A stretch of DNA of 63,771 nucleotides, filler included, from Aduncisulcus paluster (taxonomy: Eukaryota), in assembly GCA_024181965.1 (NCBI GenBank). It is 9 parts of 9 records of this genome, joined end to end, with 100 filler letters (N's around TTAATTAATTAA, not from the genome) between each part and the next. Parts side by side here need not be neighbours in the genome. Positions count along the whole stretch, not along the records: positions 41,781 to 52,499 come from BQXS01000031.1; positions 52,600 to 56,115 come from BQXS01000033.1; positions 56,216 to 59,576 come from BQXS01000034.1; 6 more parts are not named here. One strand, 5' to 3'. Shown here in pieces: positions 46,401-58,302 of this stretch. The stretch's first letter is position 1, and each line of letters begins with the position of its first letter. Made by a program: the position numbers and the translations under genes. The notes below the pieces were generated by a model that saw only the letters and a program-made list of their open reading frames with translations, had not been told where the DNA came from and made no database searches.

Positions 46401-46435
46401 ATCATCTTCAATATGGATCCAACCCAATAAAGTAG
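43425..46435 (+). CDS. TTLL6: Tubulin polyglutamylase TTLL6/13-like; exons 43425-43457 and 43547-46435
   Basis: QRINHFPGM, SCQGRGI, KFDLRIY, HLTNYAINK, CFEILGFD, WLIEVNHSPSF. 89-nt GTATGT..GCAG intron. Confidence 0.9.
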
Positions 46436-46944
46436 GGTTGAATTTTCCTTTTTTGCAATATCGATGATCAGACCTCAGTCCAGATAGCCTATCTCACTCT
46501 TTGTAAAAAGAGGACGTTTCATCTTTCAACGAGCATTCAAAACCATAGGTAACATATTCTTTCTTTTATTATTCTCAGGAAAAGTATTATTTTGTCAATA
46601 TCAGCATTGAACTTCAAGTCTTGAAGCATATTCTTCACTGAAAAATCTTCAGATTATTTGGGCTTTCTGAAGTCATGAGATCTAATACTTGGTTTATTAT
46701 CTAAAATTTAGATTATGACAGAATCTAAACACCTAGATTCTAGAGATTCTCTTAAGAAATGAGACTCTCATTAGAGGAAATTTGAATTCAATTCTTCACA
46801 CCAACTTTTCAAAAGTTACTTTTGATTTAGCTCCTCATAACCAGAACAAAGAAACACAAAAGTTTTGTGACAAAACAGTGTTTTGAAAACACTCATTTCC
46901 TTTGTTGTACGGTACCATACATTAATAGATTTATTATTCATTAT

Positions 46945-48993
46945 TTATTGGTGAGTGAGAGTCTGATATTCATACAATAAATCAGTTGCAAGAACTCCAA
47001 ACACACTTACGAGTTCTTCATGACAAACATAAGCCCTCTTCCCACAGGAGAAAGCACATAAAAAGTACAAGGTATCATACAAATCATACTCTCCACAAAT
47101 GCACAAAAGCTTTCCAACAACAAGGTTTTCTGTAATCAGACACCCTTTCCTTTCCTCTTCCTCTTCCTCTTCTCCGTGGAAATATCTTCCATCTCGATAA
47201 GCAGTCTCCTCTTCATCATCCATCTGAAGTCTCAGTTTGCTCTTCATTGTTTTCTTGAGTTGTCCAGTAGCAGATGGTGATAAAAGAATGTCACAAGAAG
47301 AAGAACGTGACGAGGGTGAAGAGCATGAGCAAGAACAGCATGACATCATGGATGAGTAAGGAATACACTTGATCTGGTTCTCATAACAAAATGGAAGTGC
47401 AGAACACTGTTGTGACATAGAGGAGGATCTTCCATCCATAGGGTTGGAATATGAGCTAACGGATGGTGATAAAGGAGTATCATCAAATGGTTGACAGCAA
47501 TCCTCATAGGCTTCAATGACAGACTGTGACAATGAACAATGTGCTGAGGTCGCAGATGAAATAGAAGAGGAGAGAGAGGACGGTTGATGGTCTAGAGAAC
47601 GATGAGAAAAAGAGTTTGAGATCAACGATTGTGGTCGTTTGCGGAAGGGAAGATCAAGACTGCCAGCACTACCTCTTCGCTTCCCCATCGATGAATATAG
47701 TTTCTCAAGATCTCTCTGAATAGAATTTGAGGAATACACAGGAGATAAAACTTTATCTTCTTCTTGTTCCAAATTAAGAGATGATCTTACTTTGGTAGAA
47801 CTTCCGAAGGATAATATGGAAGACATTCTTTGTGGTTGTTTCGAAGAAGAAGAGGAAGAAGAGGCAGAAGAAGAGGAAGAGGCAGAGGAAGAAGAGTGTT
47901 GATCGAACACACGTTTTCCACAGCAACCATGTTCCAATATAATCTTTTCTCGTTCTTTTAGGACTCTTTTGAGGACAGAATCAAGTTTCTCATCATAGTC
48001 ACATAAATAGACCAGATCAGAGGCACTTGCAGACAGAGCCAATGGGGAAGGTGGTGGAGAGGTAGAAGAAGCGGTTGAACTCTGTTGTACTGTTGATGAG
48101 AAGAACTGGTTGACCGGAAACGATTGTACATGGGAATGTGAATGGGAGGAAGATGCCATTTGAAGCGATGTATGATGTGTTGTTGTTGTTCCCATAGAAA
48201 AAGGAGATAAGGGGGTTGATGTAACGAAGCTAGAGGGTGACGAAGGGTGAATCGGAGAGAGTGAGAGAGGAGGAGTTGATCGATCTGTGAACTCATGATC
48301 ATCAAGAGAGAAAGAATCTCTCAAATGAAATGGATTATCGTGAAAGCAAAATGGAGGCTCACCACAGCCAGGAACACTTCCCTGAGAAAAAGCAATTTCC
48401 TGAGAAAATGGACCCTCTTGATGGTGAGAAAATGTGCTACTTGTTGTTGAACCGGCTGGATGGAATAAATATTTCTTAATGTGGTCTTTTTTGGACTTCC
48501 ATTGACCAAGAAGCTCGTCTCGAATGCGTTCAGAAATGAAAAATTCATCAGTTATCCAAGAATACTCCTTTGAAGAAAACCCACTGCACTTAACACGATA
48601 ACATCGTATTCGTTCATCAGTAATGTCGTTAATGAGGTCGACAATCTCTAATATGGATGTAACTGTCCAAGTATTCTTTTTTGGTTCAAATTTAGATGTT
48701 TTTTTAGCTTCAAGAGAATTGGAACAAAGTTTGGCCTTTTCAGATGTATAATATTGATAAAAGTAGTTTTTTAAGCGACGATTCTCACAATTTCCACATT
48801 TAGCTTCGAGTTTTATGCATACTGCACGCCAAAATTGAGACATTCGTGGATATTTGTCACGATCGATGGAAAGATAAGCTTCCAACACTCTTTCGAATGG
48901 AATTGAAAAAGTTGTTTTATGTTCTCCCCTTCCTCTGTCATATTGAAAAGGAGGAATATGGCGCTCATCTGCTATACAAGCGGATTTTCCCAT
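46945..48993 (-). CDS. Putative chromatin protein: Myb/SANT-like + chromodomain-like + Ser-rich hinge + chromoshadow-like
   Basis: FWRAVCIKL…RRLKNYFYQYY; TWTVTSILE…YRVKCSGFSSKEYSWI; ICGEYDLYDTLYFLCAFS…YVCHEELVSVFGVLATDLLYEY. Confidence 0.6.
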   Translation of the reverse strand: MGKSACIADERHIPPFQYDRGRGEHKTTFSIPFERVLEAYLSIDRDKYPRMSQFWRAVCIKLEAKCGNCENRRLKNYFYQYYTSEKAKLCSNSLEAKKTSKFEPKKNTWTVTSILEIVDLINDITDERIRCYRVKCSGFSSKEYSWITDEFFISERIRDELLGQWKSKKDHIKKYLFHPAGSTTSSTFSHHQEGPFSQEIAFSQGSVPGCGEPPFCFHDNPFHLRDSFSLDDHEFTDRSTPPLSLSPIHPSSPSSFVTSTPLSPFSMGTTTTHHTSLQMASSSHSHSHVQSFPVNQFFSSTVQQSSTASSTSPPPSPLALSASASDLVYLCDYDEKLDSVLKRVLKEREKIILEHGCCGKRVFDQHSSSSASSSSSASSSSSSSKQPQRMSSILSFGSSTKVRSSLNLEQEEDKVLSPVYSSNSIQRDLEKLYSSMGKRRGSAGSLDLPFRKRPQSLISNSFSHRSLDHQPSSLSSSISSATSAHCSLSQSVIEAYEDCCQPFDDTPLSPSVSSYSNPMDGRSSSMSQQCSALPFCYENQIKCIPYSSMMSCCSCSCSSPSSRSSSCDILLSPSATGQLKKTMKSKLRLQMDDEEETAYRDGRYFHGEEEEEEERKGCLITENLVVGKLLCICGEYDLYDTLYFLCAFSCGKRAYVCHEELVSVFGVLATDLLYEYQTLTHQ

Positions 48994-49748
48994 CTGAAAG
49001 TTGGAATGGGTAATATAATCACAAGAGTGAGATAAAATGATATTATCGGTTACAACACTGGAAAAAACAAACAAAATGGAGTTTCAGCTCCACTTTATCC
49101 CTACCAAAACACATTTTTGAGGTGTTTTTTGTTTTATGCGTTTTAGACATGAAATAAAAGAAAACTTCCCACCAAATAAGGATTGGTATATATTTTTTAT
49201 TCGTAAAAATATCAATTAAAAAATAATAGATTCATGATACGTGAAAGTTTCAACCAAATTCTCGTTATGAAAAAATTCTGTAAAGAATAGTAATCCGTTC
49301 CCTTCAAAAACAAGCGAAAACCAACTTTTTATTATTTTTTAATTAATAAAATCTCCAATTGTATCTGATCGATCGAATATTCCGACATTTCAGACTTATC
49401 ATAATTAGGAGTTTGGTGAAGTCAAGAATAAAAAGAATAGACTTCATAGATCAGTTCTAGTTCTCTTCTTATGTTTCAAGGAGAAGAGAAAGGCTTGGAT
49501 TCGGCAAAACAAAGGAAAGATCACGAATCGAGAATCATCATCCAAGAATAAGATGATGCGACACACAGATTGGGAATAGCATTGATGTTATTGATGTGTT
49601 ATTCGAGATTCAAATGAGTTAAGCGAGGGGCAGGTGTGTCAATTTGTCAATTATTTTCAGAGACAATGGGTGGAAACCAGGAGCAACGAACAGAACCAGA
49701 GAGTTGAGCGGTTTTAGTTTGTAGCAGTATTTTAGGGAGTAGTATGGC

Positions 49749-49811
49749 TTTTATCGTAATATTCCAGGAATATCTGGAATTATTTGGGAAAAATATTCTT
49801 AAGAGGTTGTA
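49749..49811. repeat. Second copy of the ~60-bp palindromic element seen at 14496-14552
   Basis: Alignment by eye. Confidence 0.75.
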
Positions 49812-50285
49812 CAATGAGGATGTTATGAATGACACAGTATAAAGAGAGGAATCAAATCAATAAATCCATGCCATTTTCTCCACAAAATGTTTTTTGACAT
49901 GAGATTAGATCTTTTATCATGTTTTATCCTCTTATTCTCATCGATAAAAAACTCATTCAAGAAAGAGCATAAAACATCATATGTCGATGTTTGGGAGTTA
50001 ATGTTTCAGTTAGAAATTAGCAGCAAAAATTCATTTGGTGGGAATCACTTTCAGTAAAATTGTATATAGCAACAAAATTAACTTGGCGAAGCAGAAGTTC
50101 TGGATAAAGCATTAATTTTGCTGGGATCGAAGATTTTATTGATTAAAAAAGAATAAATGGAATATGCAGTTATTTTTATTGTTGTATTATCTTTAATTGA
50201 CCTAGGAATGGAGCCACTGCTCGGATTTGACATAACCTCTTTTTTTTTTATTTTGATATCATAAATTTATTAAATATTTTAACAC

Positions 50286-52499
50286 ATGGGCCGTAAGCTC
50301 ATTCCCATAATGGTAAGCAACCCATTAACTCTTGGAAGGGTGGATGCTGAAGATATCAAGCATACAATGGCTTCAGGTTTTGCTGTTCAGAAAAAACAGG
50401 TTAAAGATCCATCTTATCTCGTTTGTATTTCATTAGCAATTATTATTTTATTTATTGGATTTATTGTTTTGGCCGTAGCCTCTATCGTCGGTTTTATTCT
50501 TTTCCAGCATCGAATGGGTCAGGAACCAGATGTTACAACCATTGTTATCGTTGAAAATGTTGCGAAATATGGTGATTATGTGATTTCTGAGTCAAATTTG
50601 GAGGATCATCAGATTGAGAGCCCTTATCATCTTTCTGAAGTTCAATTTAATGATTTGATTAGCGGTGGAGATGCTACATTACACAATCACGATACCCAAT
50701 TTATTCATTCATCTGATCTGAACTCTTTTGGTGGATCAAAATATGCTGGACTAAATGACGGTATCCTTTCTGTTGATATTCTTTTCTCAACACCACTAAC
50801 AGAAGATGTTTCTGTTAAATCTGCTATTTCAGAGGGATTTGCACTCATTTCAAGGAGTGAATCAGCAGTAACTTTCGTGACTCATCCTTTCCCTACTGAC
50901 GGCCAATTTGTAACAATATCCGACGATGGTTCACTTATTAATCAAGAAATCACGCATTCCATGGTGAATAATGATGTTAATGGGAATTCATACCATTTAA
51001 AAAGCGCTCAGAAAGACTGTCTTCTTGGAGAAGCTCAATGTGACATTCATGTCCATTCCACTGCTCTACAAGCCGATCAGTTCTCCCACAATACCCTTTC
51101 TTTCTTTGATTCCAGTGGAGATAATGCACAGTTTCTCTCTGCCGATGAAACCCTCTCCTCTAACTATGTAAACATGGCTATTGGTGATTCTTCCTATTCT
51201 GTATCCACTTCTGACATTTCTACAGTGATTCCGCCTTCTAACGATGCCATNNNNNNNNNNNNNNNNNNNNAATAATGATGTTAATGGGAATTCATACCAT
51301 TTAAAAAGCGCTCAGAAAGACTGTCTTCTTGGAGAAGCTCAATGTGACATTCATGTCCATTCCACTGCTCTACAAGCCGATCAGTTCTCCCACAATACCC
51401 TTTCTTTCTTTGATTCCAGTGGAGATAATGCACAGTTTCTCTCTGCCGATGAAACCCTCTCCTCTAACTATGTAAACATGGCTATTGGTGATTCTTCCTA
51501 TTCTGTATCCACTTCTGACATTTCTACAGTGATTCCGCCTTCTAACGATGCCATGGCCCTGTATAAAGAAGTCCTTGTCGAACGTTTCCGTGGCAGGGAT
51601 GGTGGTAGCATCTTGGGTGGTGAAGGCTTTGTAAGCTCAACTTGGACCAACTCTAGCACTTCTGACGCATCAATCGGAACAGTTTCTCAACAATCTTTCC
51701 TCATTACCATTGGATCCATTGACCAGTACACTGATACTTCCCAGAAGACAATGCGTATCCTGAGAGCTGTCACAATGGTCAATGGGTCCTGGACTTCCTT
51801 CACTTCTGCCATCGAATCGTTTGATGGAGCTCTACCCATGACTGTACAGACAAAGAGTGCCGATGGAGATACTGTCCGTCTGTTCCGAGGCCTTGTTGCT
51901 GCTATTGATGGAAGAGACATCACTTTCCAAGCCACTGGCTCTGAGATTCCTTCTGCAAGCTCCAACACTTACTCTTCAATTGTCCTATACCAGTCGAACG
52001 TCACTCATAAGAGTTCCACCTATGTTGATGTTCCTGGACCTCTGGGTTACTCTGTGACGGACTATGATGGTGACGTGTACTCTATAACTTCAGGTGATAG
52101 GGAACTTGATATGAGTTCTGTTGGAGAGAATGCTATTATTGTGGATAATATGATGTATGTGTCTTTCGTTAAGGGCACACCATGTGACGATTACACTGTT
52201 TGTGAGAGAGCAAGAGAGATTGTTCTTAAACAATCACAAGCTGACAAATCGTCTTGGGGAAATTTAGCTAGTTTTGGAGATTCTTCTGAAGTCTTTGGTA
52301 TTGATCTCTCTGATTGCAGCGGTGATGACCCAGCATTATGTATTTCTTACACTAAAATTGAACGTGAGGACAAACCTGACAATTTTGATGCCACAGCTCT
52401 TGCTTCATGCGATAGAGAACTCAATTTGTCTGAATCATGTTCATCTGTAGATTGTACTAATGGAGATACTGCCAACCATGAATGCTGTAAATGCGTAAG
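50286..52499 (+). CDS. Large type II membrane protein, 3'-truncated by the linker; 284-bp gap duplication (50967-51250 = 51271-51554)
   Basis: Short cytosolic N-terminus, one hydrophobic segment (aa ~44-73), beta-rich Ser/Thr/Asp ectodomain with a Cys cluster. Confidence 0.8.
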
Positions 52500-52599
52500 N
52501 NNNNNNNNNNNNNNNNNNNNNNNNNNNNNNNNNNNNNNNNNNNTTAATTAATTAANNNNNNNNNNNNNNNNNNNNNNNNNNNNNNNNNNNNNNNNNNNN

Positions 52600-53761
52600 G
52601 GACAAAGGGACAGAATGGACACCAATTGATATATATTTGCATTTACAAGCCCCTTTCCTTTTCCACACAAAGAATGATAGTGTATTTATAAGCTCTGTTG
52701 ATGTGTGCCCCAGTGTGACTCAAGTTGATATTGGTGCCTGCTCAAGAAGTTGTCAGAGAGTCAATGAGAAAGATGAGAAAGAAGCACAGGTATATGCAGG
52801 ATTTGTGTCCGATGAAAGGGCCGATTGGGTGAAAGAAGCTGAGCGTCAAGTGTATAAATTGATGGAAGAGAAGAAAAAACAAGAATTGAAGCAAATGTTA
52901 CAAGAAAAAGAAAGAGAACAGCTTGAGGAAGTTGAGAAGAGAATGAGAATGGAAGAAGCAGAAAGAAGATTGAAGGAAGAAGAAGAGGAGAAGAGGAGAG
53001 AAAAAGAGGAAGAACTGGCCCGTGAATATGCAAAAGTAGCCAAATACAAAGAAATGTCTGACGTTGACCTCAAAGAATCAATGAAAACACATACTTTGTC
53101 GACAACCATCCTTCGTCATTGTGACACTGACGATCGTGTGAAGAAAGGTTTATTGGGGAAATTACCCCCCATATCTGCTAGAATTCCCAAAAGAACCCTT
53201 CTTGGAATTACTACAGAAATTGTCCCATCAGGGTTATCCTCAGTTTTATCTAAGGAAAGGGAATTGGAGGAAGTGGAGGAAAAAGAAGAAGAAGGAGATG
53301 CTATCAGGGAACACGGCGATTCCTTTGAACATGAATCACCGTCAATTCATCCAGATATTTCCAAAACAGTCTCGTCGGCTCCTTCTGATTCCCTCGGTGA
53401 TTCTATTTTAGCTGAATGTCTCAGCATTGAACCCCTTTCAATTGAGGAGTCTGTGAGTGTTGGTCGTCGTTGTATCATTTCATTTGATCTCATGGCGAAA
53501 CAAGACGAATGTTCTGAATATGGTATTCTTTCGATTGATGCACATATAGGATGGGAATATATCCAAGGAGATGAGATAAGCGATGTCCTTGTTCGTAGTC
53601 CAGTCGTGAAGATCAAGCGAGGGAAATCAAGGAAAGCATTTATTGTAATTACTCCAATGGCTGCCGGAGTTGTGAAGGGAGATGTTATCGTTAAGTTTGG
53701 TGGAATAACAGAAAAGGTGAATGTTATAATTCAAGTTTATAGAAGAGGAGTCAAATTGTGA
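52600..53761 (+). CDS. 5'-partial hypothetical protein with a charged helix and a C-terminal Ig-like/ASH-like beta domain
   Basis: Open ORF; ends VRSPVVKIKRGKSRKAFIVITPMAAGVVKGDVIVKFGG. Confidence 0.6.
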
Positions 53762-54050
53762 TGAGTATTAGTCCGAATGCTTGAATTTATAGGAAATTCT
53801 ATTATTTCTTGAATTTTTTCTGCTAGGATTTTGTTTTACGACTTTGATCCGATTGTGACTCAGTGATTTTCGAATAAATCCCAAATTTGATATACTATGG
53901 CGCCATATTGGCAATAGAAATGATGACATCATATTCAATATGATGCACAAGTTGTGAATTTGATCTTCATTAATAATTACATCTTTGTGAATTATTGCTT
54001 AGAAATTATTCGTATTTGTTTTTTTCATAGGAAATTGGACGATATTGAGT

Positions 54051-55793
54051 CTTGAAGTGGCACAGAGTCGATTTTGACACTCCTTTTCGTTTTTTGTCGC
54101 ATCTAGGTGCTATTCGAAAGCAAAACAGTAATTTTTGTATTTTTTGACATACAATACCAATAATTTTCTGTTGTATGTTCATATTTTCTATTCTATGGTG
54201 TTTTATGAATGTTTGTCTCAGTCGAAGCTTATTTGTGTTGGTTGAAAATTTATATTTATACTATATATTCAATTTATTACATATTCGATTAAAATTTGCA
54301 GCCATTCACATAATTTACCTCCACCCCACAGATATTAGGGATGAGTTCATCAATATCTACTCAAATCGTGAAACCCGAATTTATTTATGAAAGAAACTGG
54401 AGTTGTTGTCCAATTCATGGAGGTGCCCCCAATATTATGAGTGCAAAGTTTCCAGCTATCAAAGCAATCGATGACACAAAGGAAGAAGGTGACGAAGAGT
54501 ACAATCAGAGTTTTAACGCACAAAAGATGATGAAAGGAGATTATGTTGGTGGATCCTTCACTCATATCTCCATTCCTTTCCCTTCATCTTCAGCGATGAA
54601 AGGTGCGTATATCTGTTTCGCTGATATGTTTCCTTCTGATATGCCTCCATCCCATCTTATCTTCACTTTTACATCTTCAAAAGGCGAAAAAATATCCAAG
54701 AAATACGATTTTCCAGCCAAAATGAGTAATTTTCAATGGTTCTTCCTTCCTGTTGATCTCCCTGATGTTGTTCTGTGTGAGATTACAGGGAAAGGAAAAA
54801 GAAAAGATTGTTTTGGCATCCGAGTGCTCGTTTTCTTTCGAGAAGAAACCCCTGAAGAAATTAAAGCTCGTAAAACCAGAGAGAAACTATGGTCTGAAAC
54901 TCCTGTTGTGAAACCAGAGTTTGTTAAGGAAGGAGATTGGAAATCTGAAGGTAGAGATTCAATTCCCATTCCACGTGATAATCCAAAGCTTGTATATCCT
55001 TCATTCTCAATGGTTAAGTGCAAGGTTGAATGCTATAATAAGGAATCTAAGAAGTATGATCAGAGTTCAGAAGCACAAAGGATGTTAAAAGGGGAATATT
55101 ATGTTGAATTATCCCATCTTTTCATCCCTTTTCCATCACCAAGTCCTATGAAAGGTGCTTATATCTGCTTGGATGAAGAAAATAGTTCACCCTCTCTTCT
55201 CTTCACTTTCACTGATTCTGATGGTAAGAAGACATCCAAGAAATATGAATTCACAAGACCTAAACATATTTTTGAATGGCACTTCCTTCCTATTGATTTG
55301 GATAATGTTGTACTGTGTGAGATTGAAGGGAAAGGAACTTGGGCCGAAAAGAATAGTCGATGTTTCTCTATCTTCTCCCTTGTTTTTATGATGCCAGATG
55401 AAACAGTTGTGAGTGAACAACTATCTCAACTTCCATGGAAATAATCCAAGAAGGTTATCTCATTTCCAACCTGGTGGCAGTTTTTGAAGAATGATATATC
55501 ATTATGATATATATCACATACAACTAGGTCTATTTCTACTAGAATTTGATCCCTACCAGGGAGAGTCCATTGCAAACCATATATTGATTATTTATTGGAT
55601 CATAGTCATGAATAAATACTTTTAATGCATCAAATTGAATGGTAGAAAATCCTTGAAGCGGCACAGATCGATTTTGATGTTTTTTTCTTTTTTGGTCGCA
55701 TCTAGGTGATATTCGATATCAAAATTGTTATTCGTTGTATTTTCTAATCATCTGATTCGATACAGCACCAATAATCCCTTTCTTGTATGTTCA
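54051..55793. repeat. Diverged ~130-140-bp direct repeats (54051-54181 and 55652-55793) flanking the 54341 gene
   Basis: Both copies contain CTTGAAG.GGCACAGA…TCGATTTTGA…GTCGCATCTAGGTG.TATTCGA…ACCAATAAT…TTGTATGTTCA. Confidence 0.8.
54341..55444 (+). CDS. Lineage-expanded family protein made of two tandem DOC/APC10-like beta-sandwich domains
   Basis: Internal duplication (VKPEF…HxxIPFPS.SxMKGAYIC…PSxLxFTFT…KKYxF…WxFLP.DL..VVLCEIxGKG); intronless. Confidence 0.75.
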   Translation: MSSSISTQIVKPEFIYERNWSCCPIHGGAPNIMSAKFPAIKAIDDTKEEGDEEYNQSFNAQKMMKGDYVGGSFTHISIPFPSSSAMKGAYICFADMFPSDMPPSHLIFTFTSSKGEKISKKYDFPAKMSNFQWFFLPVDLPDVVLCEITGKGKRKDCFGIRVLVFFREETPEEIKARKTREKLWSETPVVKPEFVKEGDWKSEGRDSIPIPRDNPKLVYPSFSMVKCKVECYNKESKKYDQSSEAQRMLKGEYYVELSHLFIPFPSPSPMKGAYICLDEENSSPSLLFTFTDSDGKKTSKKYEFTRPKHIFEWHFLPIDLDNVVLCEIEGKGTWAEKNSRCFSIFSLVFMMPDETVVSEQLSQLPWK

Positions 55794-55810
55794 ATTATCT
55801 TTTTCTGTTT

Positions 55811-56115
55811 TGTACGCGGATGCATTTATTAGGGAAGGGGAGATACTAAAAAGACAGAAATAAAAAGAGAAAAGAAAGGCATTGAAGGATATTAAAGGGT
55901 ATATTAGGTGGTAACAGACTGACTGCAGTACGATAAAGTTTCAGACAAGAAGGATACTGATTGTAGTGTATTCAGCATAGAGACGAAGACACCGAAAGGC
56001 AAACTCTACCAAGTAAACAATGTAGTGAAAAAACTAGTGAACAAAAGTTGCACATAGTGTGTAACTAAAGAACCGAGGAGTAGGGAGGAATAGGTGTACG
56101 GTAATCAATAGAAAT
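55811..56115. mobile_element. Possible LTR or other inserted element end
   Basis: Abrupt switch to purine-rich sequence starting TG just after the second direct repeat; the other end is lost in the linker. Confidence 0.3.
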
Positions 56116-56620
56116 NNNNNNNNNNNNNNNNNNNNNNNNNNNNNNNNNNNNNNNNNNNNTTAATTAATTAANNNNNNNNNNNNNNNNNNNNNNNNNNNNN
56201 NNNNNNNNNNNNNNNTATTGATTTGTGCAAACGTTTCTTTGTCCATCATCAAACATATTAATATTATCTCCTCTGGGCCTGCGCAACCCAGGGGAGGTGA
56301 TAATAATATTTTGATGCTCTTTTCTTGTTTTTATAATGGTACGTTTCTGTTTCTTGATTTTTTTGGTAAATACCCCCAAAATGGAGTATACTCCAGGATT
56401 TTTATGTTTTTTTTGTTTGTTTTGTTTGTTTTCTTTATTTTAATATAATTTAAGCTAAATTAAAAGAGTAAATCTGACTCAAAATTATTGATCACGTTTT
56501 CATCCTTTAAACGTGCTTTATTTAAGATTCTAATAGTGCCCGAGGCCAAATAAACCGATATAAGACATATATTTAAGCTAAAATAGCTGTTAGAAATTTT
56601 TATCGAGATTACCGAAACAT

Positions 56621-56675
56621 ATTTCGGCATGCCAAAAATAATTCCCGAAATGATTCCATTTTGGCATGCCGAAAT
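56621..56675. repeat. 17-bp perfect inverted repeat with a 21-nt spacer
   Basis: ATTTCGGCATGCCAAAA … TTTTGGCATGCCGAAAT. Confidence 0.85.
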
Positions 56676-56909
56676 TAAAACCGTTCGGCATTCAAAATGA
56701 ATACATTTTAGTTTTTTCTATCTATGTTGGACTTTTCATTTTGGTTTTCAAAAATTATTCCTTTCGGTTCTCAATTGGTTTTACTCACAAAAAGTTTCCC
56801 TGTGCCGTAGCTCCTTCTGTTTCTGGCCTTGAACAATCAGGAAGCCTTCCTGAGATTCCTACTGCTCCTGATGCTGTGTCTACAAATTTAGTGCGCTAAA
56901 GAACGCCGA

Positions 56910-57760
56910 GGTTTTTGATAAAACAATTGACAAAATCCTTGAGGTATGGCAAGCTCTGGTGGCCATAGGTTGGCCGATAAACTCTTTACTACTGTACTAT
57001 ACTGTACTACTGCAACTTCCCACATCATGCCTTGGATATGCAGATGATCTAATTGTCTTTGGCGATAACGCCGACGATTGTAACGAAAAACTGGCAATTC
57101 TAGCCGATAATCTGGAAGCATATGCATTTGTCATTAATCCGAGGAAATGTTTTGCAATTGCAAGTGATCAGCTCAAAATAGGAGACACGCTTATCCACCA
57201 AGGAACCGCTTCCGAATCCATGTATTTGGGCATCGGTATTGAACCGGGTACCCCCTTATCAGCAGCATCTCTTGAACAATACAAGCGTGCAGCCCAAGAG
57301 GCTCGTCGAATAATGAGTTTTCCCCTTCTCTTACCTCACCTTTTAGTTGCTGTGAACTCATATATAATTCCAAAATTCCTCTACACCGGATCATTAGGCT
57401 TCATAACACAACAACAATGTCAAAGAATCGACTCCCTCATAAAAGAAAAGCTCTGTAAGGCTTTAAGATGTTCTCCCCAGAGCTTTCCTCTATCATACAT
57501 ACATTCCAGCCGCTCGGACGGTGGTATCGGAATTATGTCACTCCAACAATCCATCGATGTCTCAAGAGCTTCCACATTCTTACAGCCACATCTGACACTC
57601 TCTTAAAAGACTCCTTTATAAACGATTTTCTCCCGCGAAAACAACACGAGTGGGTTGACGGAATCCCTGAACTCGTATACACACAAGGAGATATCGCTCG
57701 AGTCAACGATTCTGCCCCAAACATGAGAATACTGAACCTTAACTGGCTCCATACTGTGGA
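56910..57760 (+). mobile_element. Non-LTR retrotransposon RT fragment (R2/R4/NeSL-like), truncated and frameshifted
   Basis: GYADDL, INPRKC, MYLGI, VNSYIIPKFLY, YIHSSRSDGGIGI. Confidence 0.85.
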
Positions 57761-57792
57761 TACTAGTAGTATTATTTAAATTTAAATGTATA

Positions 57793-58302
57793 TTGAATAT
57801 TAGTAAGAATAATCATATTGTTTTAGGATTGAAAATTAAGATAAAGTACTTGAATGATAAAAGAATCTCCCTTCAGGCTGAAGAAGAGTTTGCAGTCATT
57901 GAAATGGATAGTACAAACCATAAAATACTAATCGGAGCTCCAATGATCATAAGGTTCAATTTGCTGGGAACGGACGGGATTAACGAGGATATCAGTGAGT
58001 TGGAAAAGGATATCACAGATGGTTTCGTGGAAATCCCGACAAACTTCGATCAACAAGAGGATAAGGGCTATATAATACAAAAATTCAAGTGTGAAAGGGA
58101 AGATATGCGAAGGGAGATATCGGAAATAATTATACGATATGAAAGGATAATAGATAGACAAGCACCAGCTAAGCTCGCACCCTTCATACTGAAATTGGAA
58201 AAAGGAAGCAAGGCGGTGAATATAAAACCTCGGCCAGTACCACTACATCTAGCACATTTAAGAGGAATGAGGGAAAGAGGTGAATTTATCGGTGTGTACT
58301 GA
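57793..58302 (+). mobile_element. Ty3/gypsy-like pol fragment (protease end to pre-RT region)
   Basis: EEFAVIEM…KILIGAP followed by PAKLAPFILKLEKGSKAVNIKPRPVP. Confidence 0.6.

Noticed and set aside
2950-51554. Five 240-310-bp tandem duplications around 20-N gaps
   Set aside because: Unmerged scaffold overlaps with the same geometry each time. Single SNPs in two of them suggest alleles, not paralogs.
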